This document shows, piece by piece, positions 50,425 through 63,305 of a DNA stretch of 64,000 bases; within the stretch, counting starts at the first letter, position 1; each line of letters opens with the position of its first letter. The notes beneath the pieces were generated by a model. The model saw only the letters and a list, made by a program, of their open reading frames with translations, did no database searches and was not told where the DNA came from. Origin of the DNA: Heterodontus francisci (taxonomy: Eukaryota); assembly GCF_036365525.1 (NCBI RefSeq), contig NC_090404.1, positions 7,874,001 through 7,938,000 on the forward strand. The letters run 5' to 3'. A program made the translations under genes and the position numbers.

Positions 50425-50959
50425 GTAAGTGACTCCAATCCCATTCAGGCAGTCCCTGTCAATGCTTACCGTCACTTTATTATTGTGATCAGTACTGCTT
50501 CAATCCCCTTCGAACTAAAACAGAACGGTTTCCGATGAAACCTATCCATTGCAGTTTTCGATTGGGGAACAGAATATGAACAGGGAGTCGGTTCCAGTAC
50601 TGAGTCCGGGGTGAGTAGATGTGAAACCCCCACAGAGCAGACAGTCTGGCCCGAGTAGGTGTGACCCCATCTGGATCAGCATTGGTTTCAGGGGCATGTC
50701 GGGGCATTCCACCATCATTCCGGACTCTCTCCCGCACTGCTAATTGGTTTAAATGAACTCAGATTGTCCACACTGCGACCCCGCTCTCGCGGTTACAGGC
50801 GACTGTCTCTGCAACACAGGAGCGGGGTCACAGAGCTCTCTCCTGGGCAGACGATTGCAGTCGCAGCCAGGCAATGCCAACACTACACTACAGAGGCCGG
50901 TCTGATAGCTGCAGCAGCAGGAAAACGGCAGCATGACAAAGCAGGTTTCAAGTACAAGA

Positions 50960-52770
50960 GAATAAAAGCAAAATGCTGTAGATGCTGAAAATCTGAAATA
51001 AATCAAGAAATGCTGGAAATACTCAGCAGGCCTGGCAGCATATGTGGAGAGAGAAGCAGAGTTAACGTTTCAGGTCAGTGACTCTTCATCAGAACTGGCA
51101 AATGTTAGAAATTTTATAGGTTTTAAGCAAATAAAGTGCGGTGGGGGTGCAAGAGGTAACAAAGGCAAGGTGCTGAAAGACAAAGCGTTGGTGCAGAGAG
51201 GGTGTTAATTGACAGAAAAATGAACACCTGTGACCCAAAGTACAAACATAAAAAAGTGGCTAGGTACATAGTAAAAAAAAAGAATGATGAAACAAACTAA
51301 AATAAAGTAAACAAATAAAAAAAATTTAAAAACTAAAAATAAAGGGGGGGCCGTCATGCTCTGAAATTATTGAACTCAATGTTCAGTCCGGCAGGCTGTA
51401 GTGTGCCTAATCAGTAAATGGGATGCTGTTCCTCGAGCTTGCATTGATGTTCCCTGGAACACTGCAGCAATCCCAGGACAGAGATGTGAGCATGAGAGTA
51501 GGGAGGTGTGTTGAAATGGCAAGCAACCAGAAGCTCGGACTGATGCTTGCGGACTGAGTGGAGGTGTTCCACAAAGTGGTCACCCAATCTGCGTTTGGTC
51601 TCCCCAATGCAAAGGAGGCAATATTGTGAGCAGCGAATACAGTATACTACATTGTAAGAAGTATAAGTAAATCGCTGCTTCACCTGAAATGAGTGTTTGG
51701 GGCCTTGAATAGTGAGGCGTGAGAAGGTAAAAGGGCAGGTGTTTTATCTCCTGCGATTGCCTGGGAAGGCGCCATGAGAAGGGGGTGAGATATTGAAGGT
51801 AAAGGAGGAGTGGACTAGAGTGTCGCGGAGGGAACGTTCCCTTCCAAATGCTGACAGGGGAGGGGAAGCTGTGTCTGGTAGTGGCATAACGATGGACGTG
51901 GCAAAAATGGCGGAGAATGATCTTTTGGTTGTGGAGACTGTTGGGGTGGAAAGTGAGGACAAGGGAAACCCTGTCGTGGTTCTGGGATGGAGGGGAAGGG
52001 TGAGAGTAGAGGTGCGGGAAACGGGCCAGACACGGTCGAGGGCCCTGTCAGCCACCATGGGAAGGGGGGCGGTGGAATCTTCGGTTAAGGAAAATGGAAG
52101 ACATATCAGAAACACTGCCATGGAAGGTTGCATCATTAGAGCAGATGTGCCGGAGACAGAGAAACTGGGAGGATGGAATGGAGCCCTTACAGGAGGCAGA
52201 GTGTGAAGAAGTGCAGTCGAGGTAGCTGTGGGAGTCAGTGGGCTTATAATGAATATTAGTGGACAGCCTATCCCCAGAGATGGAGACAGAGAAGTCGAGG
52301 AAGGGAAGGGAAGTGTCAGAGATGGACCATGTAAAGGTGAGAGAAGGGTGGAAATTGGAAGCAAAGTTTATGAAGTTTTCCAGTTCAGGGCGGGAGCAGG
52401 AAACGGCACCGATACAGTCATCAATGTACCGGAAAAAGAGTTGAGGGAGGGGGCCTGAGTAGGACTGGAACAAGGAATGTTCGACATATCCCACAAAAAG
52501 ACAGGCAAGACTCGGACCCATGTGGATACCCATAGCAACACCTTTTACCTGAAGGAAGTGAGTGGGGTTGAAGGAGAAGTTGTTCAATGTGAGAACAAGT
52601 TCAGTTAGGCGGAGGAGGGTGGTGGTGAATGGGGATTGGTTGGGCCTCTGTTCAAGGAAGAAGCAGAGAATCCTCAAGCCATCTTGGTGGGGGATGGAGG
52701 TGCTGAGAGATGGACGTCCATAGTGAAGAGGAGGCGGTTAGGTCCAGGAAACTGGGAATTGTCGAAATGA
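50960..52770 (-). mobile_element. Penelope-like element (RT + GIY-YIG + terminal repeat with hammerhead motif at 51060-51096)
   Basis: GVAMGIHMGPS...FFRYIDD...LPFLD (Penelope-type RT) and VVYCIRC...IGETKRRLGDHF (GIY-YIG). Confidence 0.88.
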
Positions 52771-53249
52771 CATACAAGAGATCCTGTTGTAGGTACTGTT
52801 GATATTTTTATTGTCATTCAGCGACTGAAATTAGTTATATTGTAGATGAACTTTATTTCAATTGCCTTCATCCAATCCTTTCCTTCCTTTTCCATCCTCA
52901 GAAGGAAATGCGAATGTTTGCAGTTGCAGATACTTCTATATATTCAATACTAATGTTTGAGAGATTGGATTGGAGTAATTTATCAGTATCCTTGCTAACT
53001 GTTAATTGAAACAATACTGGACACCGATGGAGTGAGGATGAGCTGCTAATGTTCTTATAAAGGAGAACAGGAACATTCGAAGGAAAAAATACAGGCTGGG
53101 GGGAAATCCATTTAGAACCAGCAAAAAATAATTCACCATAATGGATAGAAATATTTAACGAACTCTGGGCCGTTCCAAGTACAATCTGACACCAAGGTGA
53201 TGGGTGAGGTTTATCGGGGGGAGGGCAATGATGAACTCTGGTGTTCTCC

Positions 53250-55128
53250 AGGGCTGCAGTGTACAGTTTTGATCACCTTACTTAAGGAATGATCTATTTG
53301 CTTTGGAGGGAGTGAAACAATGGTTCACTAGACTGATGCCTGAGATAAAGCGATAGTCCATGAGGAAAGTTTGATGAGACTATACATATATCCCAAAGAG
53401 TTTAGAAGAATAAGAGGTAACCTCATTAAAACATGCAATTTTCCTAAGGGCCTTGGCAGGGTAGATGCTGGGGCGGTGATTCCACAGGCTGGGAAGTCCA
53501 CAGTTTGAGGTTGCAGTCTCAGAAAATGGGGTCGTCCATTTAGAACTGAGATGAGGAGAGCTTTCTTCAGTCAAACCGTTGTTGTGAATCTGTGGAATTC
53601 TATACTTTGGAGAACTGCGGATGCTCAGTGGTCGAGTTATATTCCAGGCAGTGTTCGATAGATTTGTGGATACTAATGGAATCCAAGACGAATGGGATAA
53701 TGCGGGAAGCTGGATTAGACTATCAGTCTTGATCTTACTGAATGGCGGAGCAGAATTAAAAGGTGGAATGATCTGCTCCTGCTCCTATTACCGATGTTTT
53801 TTTTATCAGCTTTGATATCTTACGCTCATAGGAAATAGGAACATAGGAATATCGGAATGTAGGAACAGGAGTAGGCTAATCTGCTGATCATCTACCTCGA
53901 CACAATTTTCCCCGCATGATCCCTGTATCCCTTGATGTCATTTTTATCCAGATATCTATCGATTTCTATCTTGAACATGCTCAATGATTGAGCTTCCACA
54001 GCCCTCTGAGGTAGAGAATTCCGAAGGTTCACCACCCTCAGAGTGAAGAAATTCCTCCTCATCTCAGTCTTAAATTACCTACCTCTTATTCGGAGACTAT
54101 GTCCCCTGGTTCTAGACTCACCAGCCAGGGGAAACATCCCATATACATCCACCCTCTCACACCCAGTAAGAATTTTATAAGTTTCAGTGAGAGCACCTCT
54201 CATTCTTCGAAACTTGAGAGAAAATAGGCCCCGTTTGCTCAATCTCTCCTCATAAGACAATCCCACCATCCCAGGAATTAGTCTGGTGAACCTCCGTTGC
54301 ACTCCCTCTACGGCATGTATATCCTTCCTTAGATGAGGAGACCAAACTGTACAGAATACCCCATGTGTGGTCTCACAAAGGTTCCATATAATTGCAGCGA
54401 GACATCTTTATTCCTGTACTCACAACCCATTTCCATCAAGTTCAACATACGATTTGCCTTCATGATTGCCTGCTGCACCTGCATGTTAGCTTTTAGTGAC
54501 TCATGAACCAGGACACCCAGGTCCCTTTGGACAACAAACTTCCCAACCTGTCTTTCTGTTTTTTCTACCAAAGTGGATCACGTCACACTTACTCGCATTA
54601 TATTCCGTCTGCCATGTTCTTGCCCATTCACGTAGCCTAACTTCCCTTGAAGCCTTCTTGCATCTTCCTCACAACTTACATTCCCACCTAGTTTTGTGTC
54701 ATCAGCAAATGTGGAAATATTATATTTGGTCTCCACATCCAGATAATGTATATAAGATTGTAAACAGCTGTGGCTCCAGCACTGATTCTTGTGGTACCCC
54801 ACTAGGAACAGCCTGCAATCCTGAGAATGAGCCGTTTATTCCTACATTCTGTTTTCTGTCTGTTAACCAATGTCCAACCCATACCAGTATATGACCCCCA
54901 AACCCGTGTGCTGTAATTTTTCTTCCTAATCTCCTCTGTGGGACCTTATCAAAAGCCTTCTAAAACTTCTAATACACCACATCCACTGGGTCTCTATCTA
55001 TGCTCAAGTAACATTCTCCAAAAAAAAACTCCAACAGGTTTGTCAAGCATGATTTCCCTTTTTTGAATCCATGTTGACTCTGCCAAATAATATCATTATT
55101 TTCTAAATGTCAAGTTATCACATCCTTT
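53250..55128. mobile_element. Two CR1 fragments, tail to tail (plus ~53250-53790, minus ~53830-55128)
   Basis: QRRFTRLIPGMVGLSYEERL, FADDTKLGG and QRDLGVLVHES. Confidence 0.8.
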
Positions 55129-56271
55129 TGTCATGGTCCTGTAGTATTTTTTTGGAATGTGCAGTTTGCCTTTAAGGCTTGCAATAGATCAGTATTGCTT
55201 TAAGAGCCGACAAGCCTTAGGAGTTTTAGAAATGTGCATTTTCGGTTGCCGTTAGAAACAGCCATTTGGAGACTGAGATTCAAAGGGTGCATTTTCGTTA
55301 CCATAGATATAGCCACTGGGAGTGAGTCGGATGGAATACATTTGTCACAATTGAGTTTTGAACACACGGCCAGAAGGATCAGACAGCTGTGATCTTCAGA
55401 CACCTGAAAAAGAGCTCTCTACCATTTAAACTGAAGGAATAGGATTTTAGTGTGTTTATTATTATCTCAAAATTCTAAGAAAAATTCTAGCCAAAACAGA
55501 TATCTCTGGTAATTTAAATTGAAGAAAGGGAAGTTAGACTGTGACAGACATAGACAGTCTTAGACTGTCATATCCCTCAAAATCTCTGAAGTCAGATTGA
55601 TTCTGTTGTAAGTGTTTGCAAGTCCTTAATTGTTGAAATTCGCTGGAGAAGGAAAGCAACCTCCTGTGAGGATTTCGAGCAACATTGGCCTGTAAATTTG
55701 CAAGGACTCTAATTTTTAAATTTTAATTGTTGTTTATATCTTCGTAGTGTTTAAGAATTTAGTTCTTCTAATTAAAGGGCTAATTTATGAAGTAATTTGT
55801 GAAGTAAAAACATCGGTATCGACCAGTTATCCGAATGGCCTATTCCTGTTCTGTAAATTCTCGATAATATAAAACTCAGAGAAAACTCCTCCCGGAGAAC
55901 ACGGGAGTGAATTACCCAATGAGCTGAAGGAATTGAAATTGTCAGTGAGCCGGAAGAGCCGGTTCCTCGTGAGTAACAGTTAAACCACTGCGGAAACTGC
56001 ACAGACTGAACCCAACTGACAACTGAGAGACTTCGGGACAAGGTCCCATGATGGCAAAAACCGCAAACAGCACAAAGTAAATGTAGAAATAAAATTAAAC
56101 TTTTTTTTTCAAATTAAAGAGCAAGAGAGAAAAATGGGCCCTATTGATGGAAGAAAGTAGACAAATAGAGTGAAAGGCAAACAGGAGCTCTCGTGAAGTG
56201 TTGAACTGTTGTAAATGACTAATCTTTGACGACCTGTCACTGTCAGTTTCTGTTGGATCTTGCTGTGCGTA

Positions 56272-56610
56272 GTGATAGCGGCATAGTGGTTAGCACCGCA
56301 GCCTCACAGCTCCAGGGGCCCGGGTTCGATTCCGGGTACTGCCTGTGTGGAGTTTGCAAGTTCTCCCTGTGTCTGCGTGGGTTTTCTCCGGGTGCTCCGG
56401 TTTCCTCCCACAAGCCAAAAGACTTGCAGGTTGATAGGTAAATTGGCCATTATAAATTGTCACTCGTGTAGGTAGGTGGTAGGGAAATATTGGGGCAGGT
56501 GGGGATGTTTGGTAGGAGTATGGGATTAGTGTAGGATTGGTATAGATGGGTGGTTGATGTTCGGCACAGACTCGGTGGGCCGAAGGGCCTGTTTCAGTGC
56601 TGTATCTCTA
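56272..56610 (+). mobile_element. tRNA-derived V-SINE (HE1-like) with CR1-like tail
   Basis: A-box tagtggttagc, B-box ggttcgattcc, V-domain gtctgcgtgggttttctccgggtgctccggtttcctccca, tail gggccgaagggcctgt. Confidence 0.85.
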
Positions 56611-57017
56611 ATCAAAACACAACTGGGGTGCTTTCGGGGAATATGTTTTTGGAAGGGGATGCTCTCGCTGATATTAAAACGTTTCCAGTTTGTCTTCCCA
56701 CTCCCCCTTGCTTTTCCTGCATGACCCGTGCATTTTTTTTCCTGGTCCAACATTTATCCAATTCCTGTTTGAAAGTTAATATCAATCTGTTCCGACCCCC
56801 CATTCTGACAGTGCATTCCAGATCATAACAACTCGCTGTGTAAAATAAAATACACATCATCTCTGCACTGGTTCATATCTCAGTAACAGTCAATAAATTT
56901 TGAACAGGCTTCAAATGAAGCAAATTACCGCGAAAACAATAACTACTCCTGCGATTGACAAGTTTCTCCGCGGAAACACCGGCTAAACAATTAATAATAT
57001 TCATTTTCATACTGCAG

Positions 57018-57323
57018 ATTCCACTTCTCTGGTGTCCCAGAGTCCGCCTCTACAAACCTCTGCTGCTGGTGACACCGTTACTTTAAGGTACGAATATTCA
57101 GGGTTCTGTCAGTACACAGTACTCTGGTACCGTCAGTCCCCAGGGCAGGCTCCGAAATACCTGCTTCAGATACACACTTCAGGAGAGGAAAATAAAGAAA
57201 ACGCAGCCGAGGGACGAATTTCTGCATCAATCGATCCTACCAAGAAAATCAGCCGATTAAAAATCTCCAAACTGCAACTGAGTGATTCTGCTGTGTATTA
57301 CTGTGAGCTGAGTCGGCGCACAG
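57018..57323 (+). CDS. Leaderless supporting TCR V-delta segment for NAR-TCR (first canonical Cys replaced by Tyr)
   Basis: Acceptor ctgcag| then DSTSLVSQSPPLQTSAAGDTVTLRYEYSGFCQYTVLWYRQSPGQAPKYLL...DSAVYYCELSRRT. CDR1 Cys present and no leader exon found. In splice phase with the J at 50424. Consensus RSS cacagtg (57324-57330), 23-nt spacer, acaaaaacc (57354-57362). Confidence 0.88.
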
Positions 57324-57407
57324 CACAGTGATACAGAGCACGGAGAGAGCTGTACAAAAACCTGAACATGGTGGGGATTACAGACACACAGTGATACAGA
57401 GCACAGA

Positions 57408-59010
57408 GCCAAATGACTTGTGACAATGAGGAACTTAAAAAAATTAGTATGAATAAGGAGGTAGTACCCAAAAATATTAACTGGATTGAAGGTTGATAAA
57501 TCCCCTGGACCAGATGAGCTACATCCCAGAGTGTTGAAGGAGGTGGATGTGGAGATAGTGGATGCATTGGTGATTATCTTTCAAAATTCTATAGATTCTG
57601 CAAAGGTTCCCGCAGACTGGAATGTTGCAAATGTAACCCCAGTATTTACGAAAGGAAGGATCGAGAAAACTGGGAACTACAGACCTGTTAGTTTGATGTC
57701 AGTAGTAGGGAAAATGCTACAATCTATTATAAAGGATATGATAACTAGACACTTAGAAAATAATGATATAATTGGGCAGAATCAACATGGATTTATGAAA
57801 TGGAAATCATATTTGACAAACCTGTTGGAGTTTTTTGAGGATGTTAGTTGTGTAGCATAGCTAAAGGATACTCAGTGGATGTGGTGTATTTCGATTTTCA
57901 GAAGGCTTATGAGAAGGTCCCACACTGGAGGTTTGTAAGCAAAATTAGAGCGCATGGGGTTGGGATAATAGGTCGGTATTGATTGAAAATTGGTTAACAG
58001 ACAGAAAACAGAGAGTAGGAATAAACGGGTCATTCTCAGAATGGCAGACTGTTACTAGTGTGGTACTGTGAGGATCAATGCTGGGGTCAGAGTTGTTCAC
58101 AGTCTAGATAAATGATTTGGACATGGAGATCAAATATCATATTTCCAAATTTCCCACAATGACACAAAACTAGGTGGGGATGTAAATTCTGAGGAAGATG
58201 CAAAGAGGCTTCAAGGGGACTTAGACAGGCTACGTGAATGAGCAAGAACATGTCAGATGGAATAGAATGTGAATAAGTGTGAAGTTATCCATTTTGGTAG
58301 AAAAAACCGAAATGAAGAGTATTTCTTAAATGGTGCTAAATTGGGAAGTGTTGCTGTCCGGAAGGACCTGGGTGCTTTGGTTCATGAGTCACCAAAAGCT
58401 AGCATACAGGTACAGCAAGCAATTAAAAAGGCAATTGGCATGTTGACCTTCATCGCAAGGGGTTTTGAATACAGGAGTAAAGACGATTTGCTGCAATTGC
58501 ACAGAGCCTTGGTGAGACCACAACTGGAGTACTGTGTACAGTTTTGATCTCTTTATCTAAAGAAGGATATACTTGCCATAGAGGGAGTGCAACGGAGGTT
58601 TATCAGACGGATGGCGTAATTGTCCTATGAGGAGAGACTGAGGAATCGGTGCCTGTTTTCTCTAGAGTTTCGAAGAATGGCAGTTGTTCTCATTGAAACT
58701 TACAAAATTCTTACAGGCCCTGACAGGGTGGATGGAGATAGGATGTTTCCCCTTGATGGTGAGTCTAGAACCAGGGCTCAGAATAAGGGGAATGCCATTT
58801 AAGTCTGAGATGAGGAGAACAGTCTTCACTCAGAGGGTGGTGAATCTTTGGAATTCTCTTCCCAGACGGCTGTGGAAGCTCAATCATTGAGCATGTTCAA
58901 GATAGAAATCGATAGATATTTGGATACTAATGTCATCAAGGGACATAGGGATGGTGCTGGAAAGTGGCGTTGAGGTCGATGATCAGTCATGACCTAGTTG
59001 AATGGCTCAT
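57408..59010 (+). mobile_element. Degenerate CR1 LINE fragment
   Basis: KVDKSPGPDELHPRVLKE, NYRPVSLMSVVGK and KCEVIHFGRKN, with stops. Confidence 0.88.
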
Positions 59011-59017
59011 CAGAAGA

Positions 59018-59054
59018 AGTTCTGATGAAAGGTCACTGACCTGAAACGTTAACT
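59018..59054 (+). ncRNA. Minimal hammerhead ribozyme motif (Penelope terminal repeat)
   Basis: AGTT-CTGATGA-AAGGTCAcTGACCT-GAAA-CG-TT-AACT. Confidence 0.65.
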
Positions 59055-59727
59055 CGGTTTCTGTCTCCACAGATGCTGCCTGGCCTGCTGAGTATTTCCA
59101 GCATTTCTTGTTTTTATTTCAGATTTCCAGCATCTGCAGTATTTTGATTTTATTTTAGTGTTTAATTCACTGCCACTTCTCTTCCAGGAATGCCTACCTT
59201 GAAGAAGTTCCGCTCTTCTCTCCGGCCTCTGTACTGTAGTGTTCACTCTCACACTATTCACATTGCCCGGCACAGACTGCAATCTTCTGCCCAGGAGAGA
59301 GCTCTGTGATGCTGCTCATGTGCTCACAAGGACAGTCACATGTAACAGCGGGAGCGGGAGCGGGGTCGGGGTGTCGACAAACTGAGCTCATTTCAACCAA
59401 TTAGGAGTGAGGGAGAGAAAGTCCGGGATGTTAATAGGATGCACGACATGCCCGTTAAAGCAATGTTGATCCAGATGGGGTCAAACCTACCCTGGCCAGA
59501 CTGCCTTCTTTGTGGATGTCTCACGTCTTCTCACTCCGGACTCACTCCCTGACCCGACTCCCGGTTCATATTCTGCTCCCCAATCTAAAACTGCAATAGA
59601 AATGCTCCAATGGAAACCGCTGTGTTTCAGTTTGAAGGGGATTGAAGTGATATTGATCACAATGATAAAGTGACGATAGATATTATCCGGGTCTGTCTGC
59701 AACACGTCGGGGTTTGGAGTCACTTAG

Positions 59728-61577
59728 CGGATGAGACAATCACCACTGTATCGGATCCATCCACAGCACCAGATCGACGCACAGTGTCACCGCTCCCAGT
59801 CAGGCCGGTACAAGAACTACCGACACCTCAATCTGCCGGCCACACATCACCAGACGCTGCCCAGTTCTTCCAGGGGGTTTCCATCAATAAACAATATTTC
59901 ATATTTCACAGTACCTGTCGGTTCAAACTGTTCTTTATAAGACTCTGAGTTTCTTAGTGAAATGGCCCAGGACCACAGGCCGGAGATGGGTGCCTCATAT
60001 AAACAGGGAAACATGTCAGAAGAAGGAGATTACAATTAAATTAAACCAAGTACAGAGATAATAACATCAACCCTGCAATTCAGCACCGAGACCGGGAACT
60101 TATATTTAACTTGTACAGTGGTATTTGTTCAGGTCTCTTCCACTGTGACCTCCCCAAAAACACAGTATTTCAAATCAACAGAAAATCCACCGGTACTTGG
60201 TGAGATGTGGGGTTATCAGTCAAACTGCGGGTCTGTGGTTCCCGATTCCTACTGATAGATCAGGATCCTGTCCGGTGTTAGGGATTTGTAACTGGGATCA
60301 GTCATTCCCAATCGCCATTCACTGACACCAATCCCGGGAAAGACATCACCATCTGCACACACTCGGCATTTATAAAACTCAAGATCTGAAGGGCAATAAT
60401 CCAATCTCATTATAAACTATGATGCTACCTTCCACGACAGAGCTTCTGATATGTCTTCCTTTCTCCTCAACTGAGAATTCACCACACTGTGGTTGACAGG
60501 GTCCTCAACCGTGTCCGGCCTATTTCCCGCACCTCTACCCTCACCCCCTTCCCCTCCCTCCCAGAACAGGGTTCCCCTTATCCTCACCTTCCACCCCACC
60601 AGCCTCCACAGCCAAAGGATCATCCTCCACCACTTCCGCCACCTCTAGCGTGATGCCACTACAAAACGCATCTTCCGCTCCCTTCCCCTGTCAGCATTAC
60701 GTAGGAATCGTTCCCTCCGTGACAACCTCGTCCACTCCTCCATTACGCCCACCACCTCGTCCCCTTCTCATGGCACATTGCCCTGCAATCGCAGGAGGTA
60801 TAACACCTGCCCATTTACCTCCTCTCTCCTCACTATCCAAGGCCTCAAACACTCCTTTCAGGTGAAGCAGCGATTTACTTGTACTTTCAATTTAGTGTAC
60901 TGTATTCACTGCTCACAATGTAGTCTCTACATTTGGGAGAGCAAACGCAGACTGGGTGACCATTTTGCGGAACACCTCCGCTCAGTCCGTAAGCATGACC
61001 CCGAGCTTCCGGTTGCTTGGCATTTCAACACCCCCCGCTTTTTAATTTTTGTCTGTGATGATCTGCAGAGAGTTTATGTACCACGGGAGGCCGAGACCCA
61101 TCACTGTGTGTTTCTGTAGTACTCAGCTTTACAGTCATAGGTGGCGGTGTCTTCAACTCTCACATCCCGAATTTCCAGCGAAAATGTCTTTTTTGCCTGA
61201 TTCGTCCTCATAATAAATCGTCCTCCGCTGGAGATCTGCTCCCGCTCTCTCCCGATCTGGGTTTGTCTGAAGAAATGGCCACTCTTTAAATAATAAGCAT
61301 AACCATATAAAACACAGGTGATGGTGAGAGACTGACACTCCTTCCTGGTCACCGCTGCCGGGGTCTGTGTCACTGACTGAAAGAGACTGGACATTAAACA
61401 GAGAGAGTTTAATGGGCCATCAGAGCCGAACCATACAACGAGGTTAAAACCCGAGACAGTGACTGTAATTCGGATGGACTCGGGCAGCTTTATATTAAAT
61501 CCACACAATGTCGGTTTGTTTGATCGGTACTCACGGGGTAAATAGACACACAGGGTGAAAACAAGGAGGATTCCCAT
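59728..61577 (-). pseudogene. NAR-TCR L-V-D-J cassette 3 (pseudogene): leader 61535-61577, V 61109-61386, D 60148-60160, J 59728-59779
   Basis: The V lacks one TCAG unit after the acceptor, giving CAG TGA in the spliced frame, and has YDC for YYC. The J donor is mutated (G|ctaagt) and J reads GSDT for GSGT. The D 5' heptamer is cacagta. A Penelope fragment sits between V and D. RSS remain recognisable (V 22-nt, D 12/12, J 23-nt spacers). Confidence 0.88.
60419..61040 (+). mobile_element. Penelope-like fragment inserted between V and D of cassette 3
   Basis: FQVKQRFTCTFNLVYCIHC...ESKRRLGDHF. Absent from the homologous V-D spacers of cassettes 1 and 2. Confidence 0.85.
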
Positions 61578-62856
61578 TGTTCTGCTGCCTGGAGCTGATG
61601 GTTTATATGACGGGGAGCTGCAGCCCTGGACTGCTCTGGGAGACTGGACCTCAGAGCTGGACTGAAATACTTCAGGGGGTCGAGTTGATTTGCAAAGGGC
61701 AGTGTCCCGGAGATGATTGATGGGCCGCACGGTTCCCGGGTCTCTGACTGTGTTGTTTGAATAAGCGACAGGTTTAAAGAGGGAACCTGCAGTTTCCTGT
61801 CGCTTCATTGGGTCTGTGAGCCCGATGTGAAATCCCCTCCCACATTAGTCTGATGTACAGGGGGTGGGGGTGGGGTAGTTGTTCTGTCAGTAGAGGTTGC
61901 CGCCCTCCTTTCCCCCACAGTAATGAGCTGGGAGGTCTCTCCATGTGTTTTTATTGGGTGGTGTTTGTTGAGGGTGGAATGTGGGCCCAGCACACCGGGA
62001 GAATCCCCCCTCCCCGCTCTTATTCCAATAGTGCTGGGGATTCTCCAGTAAAGTGACTGTGAAAATCCCAATACACTTTTCGAGCTTCCAGTCTTGCTTC
62101 TGAACGGGCTGGCGGGGCCTCGGTTAAACGTCTGATATGAAGGACGGCACCTCCGACCCGGCAGCTTCCCTCAGTCCGGCAACTGAGTGTCAGGTTACAA
62201 TATGAGACAGTCCGGTGATATTGTCAACATCTAGGCAGATATACACAATATACACAATATATATCTCACTTTCCGCATCTCTCTTTTTAACTCTGCCTCA
62301 CCCTGTCTGTTTAATTCGCTGCCTTCCTCAATCCCTCCCTCTCTCATTCACTCTTTATATCCCCTCTCCTCTCCCTCAGTAACATGCAAAGCGTAAAATA
62401 ATAGAAATCAGTCTCAATCCTTTAACATTACTGCCAAAACCATTACTAGTCACAGTTTAAAGACCATGAGGGACATTATTTAGTGGACATCACTCTGTCC
62501 TGAGATTTTTTTTTAATGTGACCTGACCGATCTACACCATAACCAGGACATGTACCTGTAGAAATTGATTATTTTAATCGTTCCAAAAATGTGAAGGTCT
62601 GTGCTAACACTCGGGGTAAAAATGTCTGAATTTGATCCTAACTTAAAATGATTGAGGAATTTCACTGATCCCTGTACCGACAGCACTGACTGTAGAAACC
62701 CGATTGGTCAGGTTGTAATTTCTCTTTCATTTTCTGTACAATCTCTGTGGAACCAAAGCCTGGTATTTTCCTGAGGTGCAACAAACCCGCCACCCACACA
62801 GATACCGAGACTTGACCTGTTTTTGTATTCGGCCCGAGGGACCCTCATTCACTTTG

Positions 62857-63305
62857 GATCTCAAAACACAGTAATACAGGGCGCTGTCTGTGATCTTCTA
62901 GTTTTTCATGGACGAATGAAAAGTGCCTTGTGTTCGACTGATTTTCCCGCTGAATTGCTCAAAGCCGGAATCCGTATCGTTTTACCAATAAATATCGGCT
63001 CTGAGCGCATAGCGAGGGGCTTGCTGTCGATAGCAGAACAAGTAATAGCTTGTAGCTGAATCTGATACAGAGTAACTGCAAGTTATTGCTAAATATGCAC
63101 TCCTTTCTGAACCGGCTCTTTGTTCTGACTGACCTACTCATCTCTGGAAATAAACAGCGGACACACAGCGGGTTGGACGGTGTAACAGAAAGAGAAAGTG
63201 ATGGAGATGGGAAATTATATAAAAATCACGAAATATTGTAGGAAGGCCCCAATATCACTGACTTGTGATCAGGACAGTAACCAGAACCAACCTCCATGGT
63301 TCCAG
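62857..63305 (-). pseudogene. TCR alpha/delta V pseudogene: leader remnant 63263-63305, V ~62857-63143
   Basis: ...LAITCSYSVSDSATSYYLFCYRQQAPRYALRADIYW*...KN*KITDSALYYCVLR, with two stops and a 5' frameshift. The leader reads (L)EPWRLVLVTVLIT without an ATG. RSS caaagtg (62850-62856), 23-nt spacer, acaaaaaca (62818-62826). Confidence 0.85.

Noticed and set aside
61101-61808. 235-aa ORF as a single-exon gene
   Set aside because: Read-through of promoter, leader, intron and V made possible by a 4-nt deletion. Paralogous cassettes lack this frame.
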